A DNA stretch of 64,000 nucleotides, taken from NCBI GenBank assembly GCA_036522815.1, contig DATDFC010000119.1:2462-66461 (forward strand), in the 5' to 3' direction. Each line of letters begins with the position of its first letter. The stretch's first letter is position 1. A model generated the notes under the pieces. It was not told where the DNA came from, ran no database searches, and saw only the letters and a program-made list of their open reading frames with translations. The position numbers were made by a program, and so were the translations under genes. Shown piece after piece: positions 51,744 to 60,414 of this stretch. This stretch comes from Gemmatimonadales bacterium. GTDB lineage: Bacteria; Gemmatimonadota; Gemmatimonadetes; Gemmatimonadales; GWC2-71-9.

Positions 51744-52443
51744 AGCGCCTCCGCAAGGTGGCGATGAAGCGTTTCACGATCTCTCCCGTGTGTCACTGTG
51801 AGCATGGCGACATCGGTATGACCGGAGCGTGAGGTGTTCGTGAGAGACTCAGCGAGAAGGCCGTCACCGCTCCGCACGACTCTTGAGGCCGAGCAGCGGT
51901 ATGCCGGCTCATCGAGCGGCGATCCCATTGCCGTCGGATGATCGGCATGTGAATGAAGCTACACGATGCTTTCCTTACGGCTTCAGGTTCGGGGTGTAAG
52001 TTCTACCTCGTTGCTTCAGATGAGTCGGGGAGGTTCCAGGACCCGCAACGGAAACGGAACCGGCGATCCGGGTGATCACTCTCATCCGAGGCGGTGAGGC
52101 CCATCGCGTGCCTCACCCACGTCGGAGCGGCGCCCCGACGTGCAGTACGAGAGGCCGATCCGCGATTCGGCCGACTTGCAGCGCCCGCGTCGGCGAACCA
52201 TGAGGCTCGTCAAGCCTGATGGGAATGGAAGCCGGAGCTCCCGAGGCCCAGCCGCGAACGAACAGTTGAGCGGTCGCCGAGGGAAGAAGAACGGGGGAGT
52301 CAATTCCTCGACTCCGGGTAACCGATGCGTAGGCGGCCCGTGCTCTGAGCGCAGCTCGGAGTATCGGGCCGCCTAGTTTTGCTGAACGATCCTTCACCCC
52401 GCCTTCATCGGTTCTCCGGCACGGCGTCCCTAGAATAACCTCC

Positions 52444-52923
52444 ATGAAGCCACGCACACTGATGGCGGTCGTCGTCCCGGCACTCGCCGCCGCGGCCATC
52501 GCAGCGCTCACCGGGAGCTTCAAGCCCCGAGCCCTCGCGCAGCCGGTGGTGGTGCACGCTGACCCCCGCGGAGCGATCTTCGTGCAGCGCGGCTGTCGGG
52601 AATGTCACGCGGTCTCCTCCCTCGGCGTGAAAGCCGCGACCGACGTGGGTCCGGACCTCACCTTCGCCTATGCTGACGTCGTTAACCGATACGGGGTGAG
52701 CCTCGAGGCGTTTTTCCGCGAACCACCCGGCCTGATGGGATTCGTCCTCGCGTCGCATCTCCATCTGACGCCGCAGGACGACGACTCGATCTCACGCATC
52801 CTGCGTGCCGTGTACAACGAGCATCTCGCGGACATGGATCCGCAGATGCCGTCGTCCCCGCCGGGGCTGGCTCGGGTACGCGCCCGGCCGGAGTCGCTGC
52901 CGCACCCGCCGTCCCGAGACTAA
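52444..52923 (+). CDS. monohaem cytochrome c, secreted
   Basis: Signal peptide, then GCRECHAV (CxxCH). Confidence 0.65.
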   Translation: MKPRTLMAVVVPALAAAAIAALTGSFKPRALAQPVVVHADPRGAIFVQRGCRECHAVSSLGVKAATDVGPDLTFAYADVVNRYGVSLEAFFREPPGLMGFVLASHLHLTPQDDDSISRILRAVYNEHLADMDPQMPSSPPGLARVRARPESLPHPPSRD

Positions 52924-52963
52924 GGAGAGCAGCCGCGGTGCGACTGGTTCGTGGGTGACGGAA

Positions 52964-53551
52964 CTAGGGACCCGAGCTGCGCGCGGACTTTCGCACCACC
53001 TGCCAGCGACCGTGCGCCTCCGCCTCGGACCGCTCGTGGCTCGAGAAATACGAGCCGGAGATCGTGTCGCCCCGCAACCAGCCCACGAACCGCGTGGCCA
53101 GCGCGCAGCCGCACTCCGGATCGCGGTACGGTGCGAGCGTGCCGTTCACCTCGTTCCCCTGTATGCGCACGAAGCTGATGGTCAGAGTCGTCGGGCGCGA
53201 CCGCTCGGGGTCCGCCGGGCCGCCCGCGTCATCCTTACGCCACGCTCTGAGCGGCTGGCCCAGGCCCCGCGGGATCATGATGACGTCGCCGTAGGCGGTG
53301 TCGCCGCGTGGAGTGAGCATGAAGGTAACGCTGCCGCTGCGGCCGGTCTCGTCGCTCGAATAGTCGCCGGTCCACTCTCCGGTGAGCGCGGCGATGTCGC
53401 GCAGAGAGCCCGCCAACGGAACGGGTGGCGGATGACCGGCGCACGCCGACAGCAGGCAGGCCGAGGCGAGCGTCGATACACGCGGTTTGATTCTCACAGT
53501 CTCGTACCTCCGGAATTGACGCCGTAAAGATACGTTTGCGCGCTTCCTCAA
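52964..53551 (-). CDS. lipoprotein, hypothetical
   Basis: Lipobox ACLLSAC. No recognised domain. The start is uncertain. Confidence 0.5.
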   Translation of the reverse strand: MRKRANVSLRRQFRRYETVRIKPRVSTLASACLLSACAGHPPPVPLAGSLRDIAALTGEWTGDYSSDETGRSGSVTFMLTPRGDTAYGDVIMIPRGLGQPLRAWRKDDAGGPADPERSRPTTLTISFVRIQGNEVNGTLAPYRDPECGCALATRFVGWLRGDTISGSYFSSHERSEAEAHGRWQVVRKSARSSGP

Positions 53552-53613
53552 GTGTCGCGCCTGGCGTCGCTCCGCATAGATTCCGGCTTGCTCGGCACTC
53601 AGGAGAGGCGAGG

Positions 53614-54012
53614 ATGGCGAAGCTACCGTGGTTCGTCGCTGGCGCGTGCGTGCTGGCGCTCGTCATGGTGGTCGCGTTGCGGCGGCCGGGGCAGGCGGCG
53701 GATCACCCCGACCCCCGGCCCGGGATCACCGCCGAGCGGGTCCTGCCGCCCTCGTTCCTTCCCGACGGCCGTGGGGTGATCGAAGCCTACGCCGCTGCGC
53801 GCCACGTCCCACAGATCCTGGATGGGCTCTACTGCCATTGCCAGTGCGCGCGCAACTTCGGACACCGCTCCCTCCTGACCTGCTTCGAATCCGATCACGG
53901 CTCGCGCTGCGACATCTGTATGGGCGAGGCGACACTCGCCTCGGAGCTGGCGGCGAGGGGCAGCACCCTGGAGCAGATCCGTCACGCCATCGACGAGCGG
54001 TTCGGGCCCTAG
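53614..54012 (+). CDS. PCYCGC/CYCxC-motif protein (putative metal-binding, membrane-anchored)
   Basis: ORF trimmed to MAKLPWFVAGACVL. GLYCHCQCARNFGHRSLLTCFESDHGSRCDICMGEA. Confidence 0.7.
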   Translation: MAKLPWFVAGACVLALVMVVALRRPGQAADHPDPRPGITAERVLPPSFLPDGRGVIEAYAAARHVPQILDGLYCHCQCARNFGHRSLLTCFESDHGSRCDICMGEATLASELAARGSTLEQIRHAIDERFGP

Positions 54013-54148
54013 CGAAAGGAAGCCTCACACCAAGTTCAGCGTCGCTTGTCCCGCACGCGGCCACGTTCCTGCTCGAGAGAGAGGTGTCGACATGGAAAGA
54101 ATACGAATCGAGCAGCACAGCTTCAGCGCCCTGCTCCCGCATTGATCC

Positions 54149-54772
54149 ATGGGCACCGTTCCGACTGGATATCCCGCGACCCTCGACATCGAGTACCCGG
54201 ACCGTGAGCTCGATGGACTGACGACCTTTTTCCGGCCGCTCACCGCCATTCCCATCGCCATCGTCCTCTCCCTCGTCACCCGGGCGACGGTGCGGGGCGA
54301 GTCGGCGAATTATGTGGTCGGGTCGGGCGGGATCGTGTTCCTGGCGACGGTCCTGATGCTACTGTTCCGGCGGAAGTACCCCCGGTGGTGGTTCGACTGG
54401 AACCTCGCCCTGACGCGCTTCGGCGCCCGCGTCTGGGCGTATCTGGCGCTGCTGCGGGACGAGTATCCGTCGACGGACGACGAGCAGGCGGTGCATGTCG
54501 AGATTGCCTACCCCGACGCGCTGCACGACTTGAGTCGCTGGCTGCCGCTCGTAAAATGGCTGCTCGCGATTCCGCATTACGTTGTGCTGTGCTTCCTGTG
54601 CGTCGCGGCGTGTTGCTGCGTCATCATCGCGTGGTTCGCGATCCTCATCACCGGCCGCTATCCCCGCCCCTTGTTCGACTTCGTGGTCGGGGTGTTCCGC
54701 TGGTGGCTGCGGGTCGCGGCCTACGCGTTCCTGCTCACCACGGATCGCTATCCGCCGTTCCGCCTGGCTTAA
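54149..54772 (+). CDS. DUF4389-domain membrane protein
   Basis: YPDRELDGLTTFFRPLTAIP...LLAIPHYVVL...AWFAILITGRYPRPLFDF...DRYPPF. Confidence 0.75.
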   Translation: MGTVPTGYPATLDIEYPDRELDGLTTFFRPLTAIPIAIVLSLVTRATVRGESANYVVGSGGIVFLATVLMLLFRRKYPRWWFDWNLALTRFGARVWAYLALLRDEYPSTDDEQAVHVEIAYPDALHDLSRWLPLVKWLLAIPHYVVLCFLCVAACCCVIIAWFAILITGRYPRPLFDFVVGVFRWWLRVAAYAFLLTTDRYPPFRLA

Positions 54773-54844
54773 GAGACCTTCAAACGCTTCAGGGTGTCTC
54801 TCGGAGCGGCGCCAGGATGCGGTCCAGCCCGAAAGCCTGCACGC

Positions 54845-56962
54845 ATGACTGATCACGCCCATCATCATCAGCAACACCATCACGCCGGGCGGGGCGCGGA
54901 CGCATCCGCGCGCGGCGGGTCGCCGTCCGGACACCCCGCCGGACACGCGGACATGGTGAACGACTTCCGCCACCGCTTCTGGGTGTCGCTCGGGCTGACC
55001 GTCCCGGTCCTCGCGACGTCAGAGATGATCCAGCACTTCCTGGCTCTCCGGGACGTGCTGGCCTTCCCGGGCGATCGCTTCGTCGAGTTCGGCTTTGCCT
55101 CGGCCGTCTATTTCTATGGCGGTCGGCCGTTCCTCGCGGGATTCGCGGACGAGCTGCGCAAGCGGCTGCCAGGGATGATGACGCTCGTGGCGCTCGCGAT
55201 CACCGTCGCGTACGCCTACAGCGCGCTCGTGGTGTTCGGGCTTCCCGGCGATGTCTTCTTCTGGGAAACCGCGACCTTGATCGACATCATGCTGCTCGGC
55301 CACTGGCTCGAAATGCGCTCCGTCCTGGGGGCCTCACGCGCGCTCGAGGAGCTGGTGCGATTGCTTCCGGCCGACGCGCACCGCCTCCGGTCGGACGGCT
55401 CGGTGCAGGACGTCCCGGTCGCCGAGCTTCGGCCGGGCAACCGGGTGCTCGTCAAGCCGGGGGAGAAGGTTCCAACCGACGGGGAGATCGCCGAGGGGCG
55501 GACGTCCGTGGACCAGGCTCTGCTGACGGGAGAGTCTCGGCCCGTCGAGAAAGGTCCCGGCGACCACGTGATCGGCGGCGCGGTGAACGGCGAGTCGGCG
55601 ATCACCCTCCGCGTCACGCGCACCGGAGCGGATACGTACCTGTCGCAGGTGATCGAGCTCGTGCATCGGGCGCAGGAAAGCAAGTCGCGGACACAGGACC
55701 TCGCCAATCGGGCCGCACTTTGGCTCACGATCATCGCGATCACCGCTGGAGCCGCGACGCTCGCGGCATGGCTCGCGGCGGGCCGGGACTTGCAGTTCGC
55801 GCTGGAGCGGATGGTGACGGTCATGGTGATTGCCTGTCCGCACGCGCTGGGTCTCGCCGTACCGCTCGTGATCGCGGTCTCGACCACGTTGTCGGCCCGG
55901 CGCGGGCTCCTGATCCGCGACCGGTCCGCGTTCGAGCGGGCCCGCGAGCTCGATGCCGTCGTGTTCGACAAGACCGGTACGCTCACCGAAGGCCGCTTCG
56001 GCGTCACCGACGTCGTGGCGCTCGGCGGGCGGACCGAGGCAGACGTGTTACGGCTCGCGGCGGCGATCGAGAGCCAGGCCGAGCATCCCATCGCCGCGGG
56101 AATCGTGCGCTCGGCCGCGGAGCGGGGCGTCCGCTATCCGACGCCCGCCGGGGTCACCGCGATCCCCGGCAAAGGCGCGGTCGGTGTCGTCGAGGGTGCC
56201 GAGGTGAAGGTCGTGAGCCCCGGGTTCCTGCGGGAGCAGGGCCTGGCCGCGAACGACCCGCGGGTGGCGCGGCTCGCGGACCAGGGGAAGACGGTCGTCT
56301 TCGTGGTGATCGACGGCCGCGTAGCCGGCGCCGTCGCGCTCGCCGATATCATCCGGGAAGAGGCGCGCGACGCGCTGCGACGGCTCAAGCACATGGGCAT
56401 CAGGGCCATGATGCTGACGGGTGATTCGCGCCCCGTGGCCCGCTGGGTGGCAGACCAGCTCGGCCTTGACGAGTACTTCGCCGAAGTGCTGCCCGATCAG
56501 AAGGCGACGAGGATCCGCGATTTACAGGTGCGAGGGCTAGCCGTCGCCATGGTCGGGGACGGGGTGAATGACGCTCCGGCCCTGGCAGCGGCGGACGTGG
56601 GGATCGCGATCGGCGCCGGGACCGACGTCGCCATCGAGTCCGCCGACATCGTGCTGGTGCGGTCCGATCCGCGCGACGTGGCTGCGATCGTGGAGTTGGC
56701 CCGCGTGACCTACCGGAAGATGGTGCAGAACCTCTGGTGGGCGACGGGCTACAATGCAGTCGCGCTGCCCCTCGCGGCGGGCGCCCTGTACCGCGTGGCG
56801 GGGATCCTGCTCTCCCCCGCCCTCGGTGCGGTCCTGATGTCGGTGTCTACGGTAATCGTGGCCATCAACGCCCAGCTCCTGGGCAGATACGAGCTTCCTG
56901 AGCCAGAGCGGCGGGCCGGACTCACTGAGTCGGGAGGGGCCCCTCCACCCAGTCCGCGATGA
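54845..56962 (+). CDS. copB: copper-translocating P1B-3-type ATPase (CopB-like) with His-rich N-terminus
   Basis: MTDHAHHHQQHHHAG, TM motif ACPHALGLAVP (CPH), DKTGTLT, MLTGD and GDGVNDAPAL. Confidence 0.9.
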   Translation: MTDHAHHHQQHHHAGRGADASARGGSPSGHPAGHADMVNDFRHRFWVSLGLTVPVLATSEMIQHFLALRDVLAFPGDRFVEFGFASAVYFYGGRPFLAGFADELRKRLPGMMTLVALAITVAYAYSALVVFGLPGDVFFWETATLIDIMLLGHWLEMRSVLGASRALEELVRLLPADAHRLRSDGSVQDVPVAELRPGNRVLVKPGEKVPTDGEIAEGRTSVDQALLTGESRPVEKGPGDHVIGGAVNGESAITLRVTRTGADTYLSQVIELVHRAQESKSRTQDLANRAALWLTIIAITAGAATLAAWLAAGRDLQFALERMVTVMVIACPHALGLAVPLVIAVSTTLSARRGLLIRDRSAFERARELDAVVFDKTGTLTEGRFGVTDVVALGGRTEADVLRLAAAIESQAEHPIAAGIVRSAAERGVRYPTPAGVTAIPGKGAVGVVEGAEVKVVSPGFLREQGLAANDPRVARLADQGKTVVFVVIDGRVAGAVALADIIREEARDALRRLKHMGIRAMMLTGDSRPVARWVADQLGLDEYFAEVLPDQKATRIRDLQVRGLAVAMVGDGVNDAPALAAADVGIAIGAGTDVAIESADIVLVRSDPRDVAAIVELARVTYRKMVQNLWWATGYNAVALPLAAGALYRVAGILLSPALGAVLMSVSTVIVAINAQLLGRYELPEPERRAGLTESGGAPPPSPR

Positions 56963-57953
56963 AGATGTTGGTCTCGTGCGGCGCCGTCCCGTGCCGGTTC
57001 GACCCCCAGACGAGGTGCTTCCCGTCGGGAGAGAACATGGGAAACGCATCGAACCCCGGTGCGGTGGTGATCCGCTCCAGCCCGGTGCCGTCCGCGTTCA
57101 CGAGATAGAGGTCGAAGTCGCGTGACTCGGGGCTCTGGTAGTTCGACGAGAAAATGATGCGCCGGCCGTCGGGGTGGAAATAGGGCGCGAAGCTCGCCCC
57201 CGGCAGGTGGGTCACCTGATGTTGATCCGACCCGTCGGCGTTCATCAACCAGAGATCCATGTGCGTGGGGCGTACCAGCCGCCGCGCCAGCAGCGAGCGA
57301 TACTCGAGACTGTCGGCAGCCGTTTGCGGGTGATACGCCCGATACACGATTTGCTTCCCGTCGGGTGAGAAGAACGGTCCCCCGTCGTAGCCGAGCGTGG
57401 TCGTGAGTCGCCGCAGGTTCGATCCGTCCACGCTCATGGTGTAGATGTCGAGGTCGCCGTCCCGGAGCGACGTGAAGACGATAGTCTGGCCGCCGGGGGA
57501 GAGCGTGGCTTCGGCGTCGTAGTCGGGATTGCTGGTCAGGCGCCGGGCGCCCGAGCCGTCGGCGTTGGCCGTGTACATGTCGTAGTCGTAGAGGGCCCAG
57601 ACATAACCCTGCGAGTAATCCGGGCGTGGCGGGCAGTCGGCGCCGGCGTGCTCGGTGCTCGCGTAGAAGATGCGGCGGTCGCGGTCGTAGAAGTAGCCGC
57701 AGGTCGTCCGACCGCGTCCCGAAGACACTCGCCGCAGCCCGCTGCCGTCCACCCCCATCACGTACATCTGATCGCATTGCTCGGCTGCGCCCTGACGCTG
57801 GAAGATCAGCAGGTTTCCGGACGCGGAGAAATACGCCTCGGCATTCTGCCCGCCCGAGGTGAGCTGGCGAATGTTGCGCAGGTGTCCTTCTCCCGAATCG
57901 GCTGGCACGGGGGTACCTTGGGCGAAGACCGTGAGGAAGATCGACAAGATCAT
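56922..57953 (-). CDS. TolB-like PD40/WD40 beta-propeller repeat protein
   Basis: Repeated ...FSPDG(K/R)...I(V/I)F.S.R.G..D(I/L)Y... units. Its 3' end overlaps the copB 3' end by 41 nt. Confidence 0.8.
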   Translation of the reverse strand: MILSIFLTVFAQGTPVPADSGEGHLRNIRQLTSGGQNAEAYFSASGNLLIFQRQGAAEQCDQMYVMGVDGSGLRRVSSGRGRTTCGYFYDRDRRIFYASTEHAGADCPPRPDYSQGYVWALYDYDMYTANADGSGARRLTSNPDYDAEATLSPGGQTIVFTSLRDGDLDIYTMSVDGSNLRRLTTTLGYDGGPFFSPDGKQIVYRAYHPQTAADSLEYRSLLARRLVRPTHMDLWLMNADGSDQHQVTHLPGASFAPYFHPDGRRIIFSSNYQSPESRDFDLYLVNADGTGLERITTAPGFDAFPMFSPDGKHLVWGSNRHGTAPHETNIFIADWVEGPLPTQ

Positions 57954-58012
57954 CGAGCGAGAAGCTACGACGAACAGTCGATAGGGGGCAACAGGTCGAG
58001 ATCCTCAGTGGG

Positions 58013-58031
58013 TCTTCACAAAATCTTCACA
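58013..58031. promoter_or_regulatory. direct repeat TCTTCACA x2 with 11-bp period in the divergent promoter of the cytochrome cluster
   Basis: TCTTCACA occurs at 58013-58020 and 58024-58031, between the PD40 gene start (57953) and the cytochrome gene start (58106). Confidence 0.35.
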
Positions 58032-58105
58032 GACGGAAGTGGATTCTCTTGCGAGGTAGTCACCCGCGCGTTCTCTTGCTTGCGGTCTCAGCCGAGGTGT
58101 TGGCA

Positions 58106-58735
58106 ATGGGTCATCGGCGTGGCGCTCTTCTCGCGGTCTCGGTCGCCGTAGGATTCGCGGCGTGCCGCGAGGCACCACGCGCCGCCGCGCAAGCGTCGCT
58201 TCCGGCGCAGCAGAGCCGGAGCGACAAGCTGCTCCTCGCGGCGGCGATTATTGGGCTGCCACCGGCGGACGTGACGTCGGCGGACCTGCCCGAGCCCACG
58301 TCGCGTGGCGCACAGCTCCTCGCCACCTACTGCACACAATGCCATTCCCTCCCGGCGCCGAGCGCGCACAGCGCAACCGACTGGCCTAGCGTGGCTCGCC
58401 GTATGTGGCTGCGGATGGAGTGGCTCCCCGACTCGCTCGGCGTGAAAGTGCCGACCAACGCGGAGCGGTACGAGATCCTCCAGTACCTTACGGTCAATGC
58501 GCTGCGGGTGAGTGGCAGTGAGCTCCCGGCCGGGCGCGGGCGCGAGGCGTTCGCGCTGATCTGCAGCCGTTGTCATGCCCTGCCCGATCCCCGCGTACAT
58601 TCGAAAGCGGATTGGGGGGTCGTGTTCGCGCGCATGGAGCGCAACATGGAGCGGATGAAGGTCGCTCCACCGACCGCGCAGCAGACGGAGGAAATCCTCT
58701 ATTACTTGCAGAACCAGACGGGAGTCCGGCGATGA
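58106..58735 (+). CDS. dihaem cytochrome c (two repeated CxxCH...W..V..RM modules)
   Basis: ORF trimmed to MGHRRGALLAVSVAVGFAAC. CTQCHSLP...DWPSVARRM and CSRCHALP...DWGVVFARM. Confidence 0.75.
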   Translation: MGHRRGALLAVSVAVGFAACREAPRAAAQASLPAQQSRSDKLLLAAAIIGLPPADVTSADLPEPTSRGAQLLATYCTQCHSLPAPSAHSATDWPSVARRMWLRMEWLPDSLGVKVPTNAERYEILQYLTVNALRVSGSELPAGRGREAFALICSRCHALPDPRVHSKADWGVVFARMERNMERMKVAPPTAQQTEEILYYLQNQTGVRR

Positions 58736-60330
58736 AGCTCCACCGTGCGACGGTCCTCGCGGCGTTGGCGCTCGGTGCCTGTACCACCGAGAAAATCCAG
58801 TACGTGACGCGGCCCTTCGTTCAGGGCAAGGATACGACAAACGGCTTCCTCGGCTACTTCACGGTCAGCGATACGCAGACCAACTGCGGCAACTGTCACG
58901 TCGGCGTGCAGGCTTCCTGGAAGAGCACGAAACACGCGCGGGCCTGGGCGGACTTGCAGGCCTCGGGCCACGCGCAGGCCTCGTGCAACGGCTGCCATTC
59001 CGTATCGCAGCTGGGGAACAGCGTCGGCCACCCTGCCGGCTACACGTTGGTCGCCGACTCGGCATATCACGACGTCCAGTGCGAGAGCTGCCACGGGCCG
59101 GGGTTTACACATGCGTCGTCTCCGACGCTCTCGAACGTACCGCTCGCCTCGATTCACGTCGATACTGGACTCGTCAATGGGTGCGGCGGCTGCCACACCG
59201 GCACGCACGAGCCGTTCGTCGACCAGTGGGTAGGGTCTGCGCACGGGTCGGGTCCCGCGTTCTCGCACGCCGCGGCGAACGCCAGCTGTGCACCGTGTCA
59301 TGAGGGAAAGGCGGCGCTACAGGTAAAGTTCGGCGTCACCACGAACTACGCGGAGAAAGCCGACACCACGCACCAGCGCATCGTGTGCGTCGTGTGCCAC
59401 GACCCGCATGGCGCGACTCCATACTCGGGACAGCTGCGCGCGTCGATTTCGGAGCCCACGACGGACAACCTGTGCATCAAGTGCCACTCCCGCAGCGGCA
59501 CGCCGCCCTGGGGCATCGCGACGGGCGCGTCGCCAGCCCGCGGGGCGCATGGCGCCCAGGGCTTGCTCGTGATCGGACAGAACGTCGGCTGGATCCCGCC
59601 CAATTTCGCGTACGACACGAACCAGATCGTGAGCAGTCACGGCTCTGCCGCGAACGCCAGGCTGTGCGCCACGTGCCACGTGGCCTTCACCACGATCACC
59701 GATGCGAACGGCGTCCTCATTCAGAACAGCGTCGGCCATCTGTTCGAAGCCATTCCCTGCACCAAGGCGTCGAACGGGGTTCCCGTGCCGTGCGCGACCG
59801 CGACTGGGCCGGATACCGTGCGCAGCTTCGTCGCGTGCTCCAACAGCACCTGCCACATCGGGGGACCGAGTGTCGCACGCAACGCCTATCTGGCCACGAA
59901 GAGCAACATCGACAACCTGCTCGACCAGATCTGGACCGACGCGAACGCCAACGGGGTGATCGACTCGACCGACGGCGGCCTGATCCCGCAGCTGGTGGCC
60001 CGGGCACAGCGGCCCACCGCGACAGCAGCGGACACGGCCGCGATCAACTTCGGCAGCAACGTCACCACGGTCGCTAAGGGGGCGTTGTTCAACGCGGCGC
60101 TGGCCGCGACGGACGAGCGAGCGTATTTCCTGAACGGGACCGTCCTGGGGAAGGGCTTCGCGACGCACATGGCGTCCGGGAACGGGGTGCACAATCCGTT
60201 CCTGCTCGTGGCGCTGCTCACGTCGTCCATCGACGCGCTCCACACGACGTACACGCTGCCCGCGCCACCGCGGCTCAATCCGCAAGTGACTGCGCCGCCC
60301 GGCGTACGGATGCGGGCGGGTCTGCGCTAG
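58732..60330 (+). CDS. multihaem c-type cytochrome lipoprotein (8 CxxCH + 1 Cx4CH)
   Basis: The ATG overlaps the upstream stop (ATGA). Lipobox LALGAC. Haem motifs CGNCH, CNGCH, CESCH, CGGCH, CAPCH, CVVCH, CIKCH, CATCH and CSNSTCH. Confidence 0.85.
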   Translation: MKLHRATVLAALALGACTTEKIQYVTRPFVQGKDTTNGFLGYFTVSDTQTNCGNCHVGVQASWKSTKHARAWADLQASGHAQASCNGCHSVSQLGNSVGHPAGYTLVADSAYHDVQCESCHGPGFTHASSPTLSNVPLASIHVDTGLVNGCGGCHTGTHEPFVDQWVGSAHGSGPAFSHAAANASCAPCHEGKAALQVKFGVTTNYAEKADTTHQRIVCVVCHDPHGATPYSGQLRASISEPTTDNLCIKCHSRSGTPPWGIATGASPARGAHGAQGLLVIGQNVGWIPPNFAYDTNQIVSSHGSAANARLCATCHVAFTTITDANGVLIQNSVGHLFEAIPCTKASNGVPVPCATATGPDTVRSFVACSNSTCHIGGPSVARNAYLATKSNIDNLLDQIWTDANANGVIDSTDGGLIPQLVARAQRPTATAADTAAINFGSNVTTVAKGALFNAALAATDERAYFLNGTVLGKGFATHMASGNGVHNPFLLVALLTSSIDALHTTYTLPAPPRLNPQVTAPPGVRMRAGLR

Positions 60331-60414
60331 CCGGCACACCGTCGACATCGAGAGGCCCCGGAGCCCAGGCGGGTTGCCGGGGCCGCGGTTTTCCATAGCA
60401 TAGAGGGGACCGCC

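Noticed and set aside
49699-51777. 692-aa minus-strand ORF in an alternative frame of the serine-hydrolase gene
   Set aside because: It is out of frame with the 49848..51743 product, which has TM helices, AISELSA and SxxK motifs. The alternative frame is Arg/Gly/Ala low complexity.
52082-52523. ORFs of 73-136 aa inside the 51.7-52.4 kb gap (for example 52140..52376 plus, 52113..52523 minus)
   Set aside because: They have no RBS or start context, Arg/Ser/Gly-rich composition and mutually overlapping frames. I treat the region as non-coding or structured and flag it in the findings instead.
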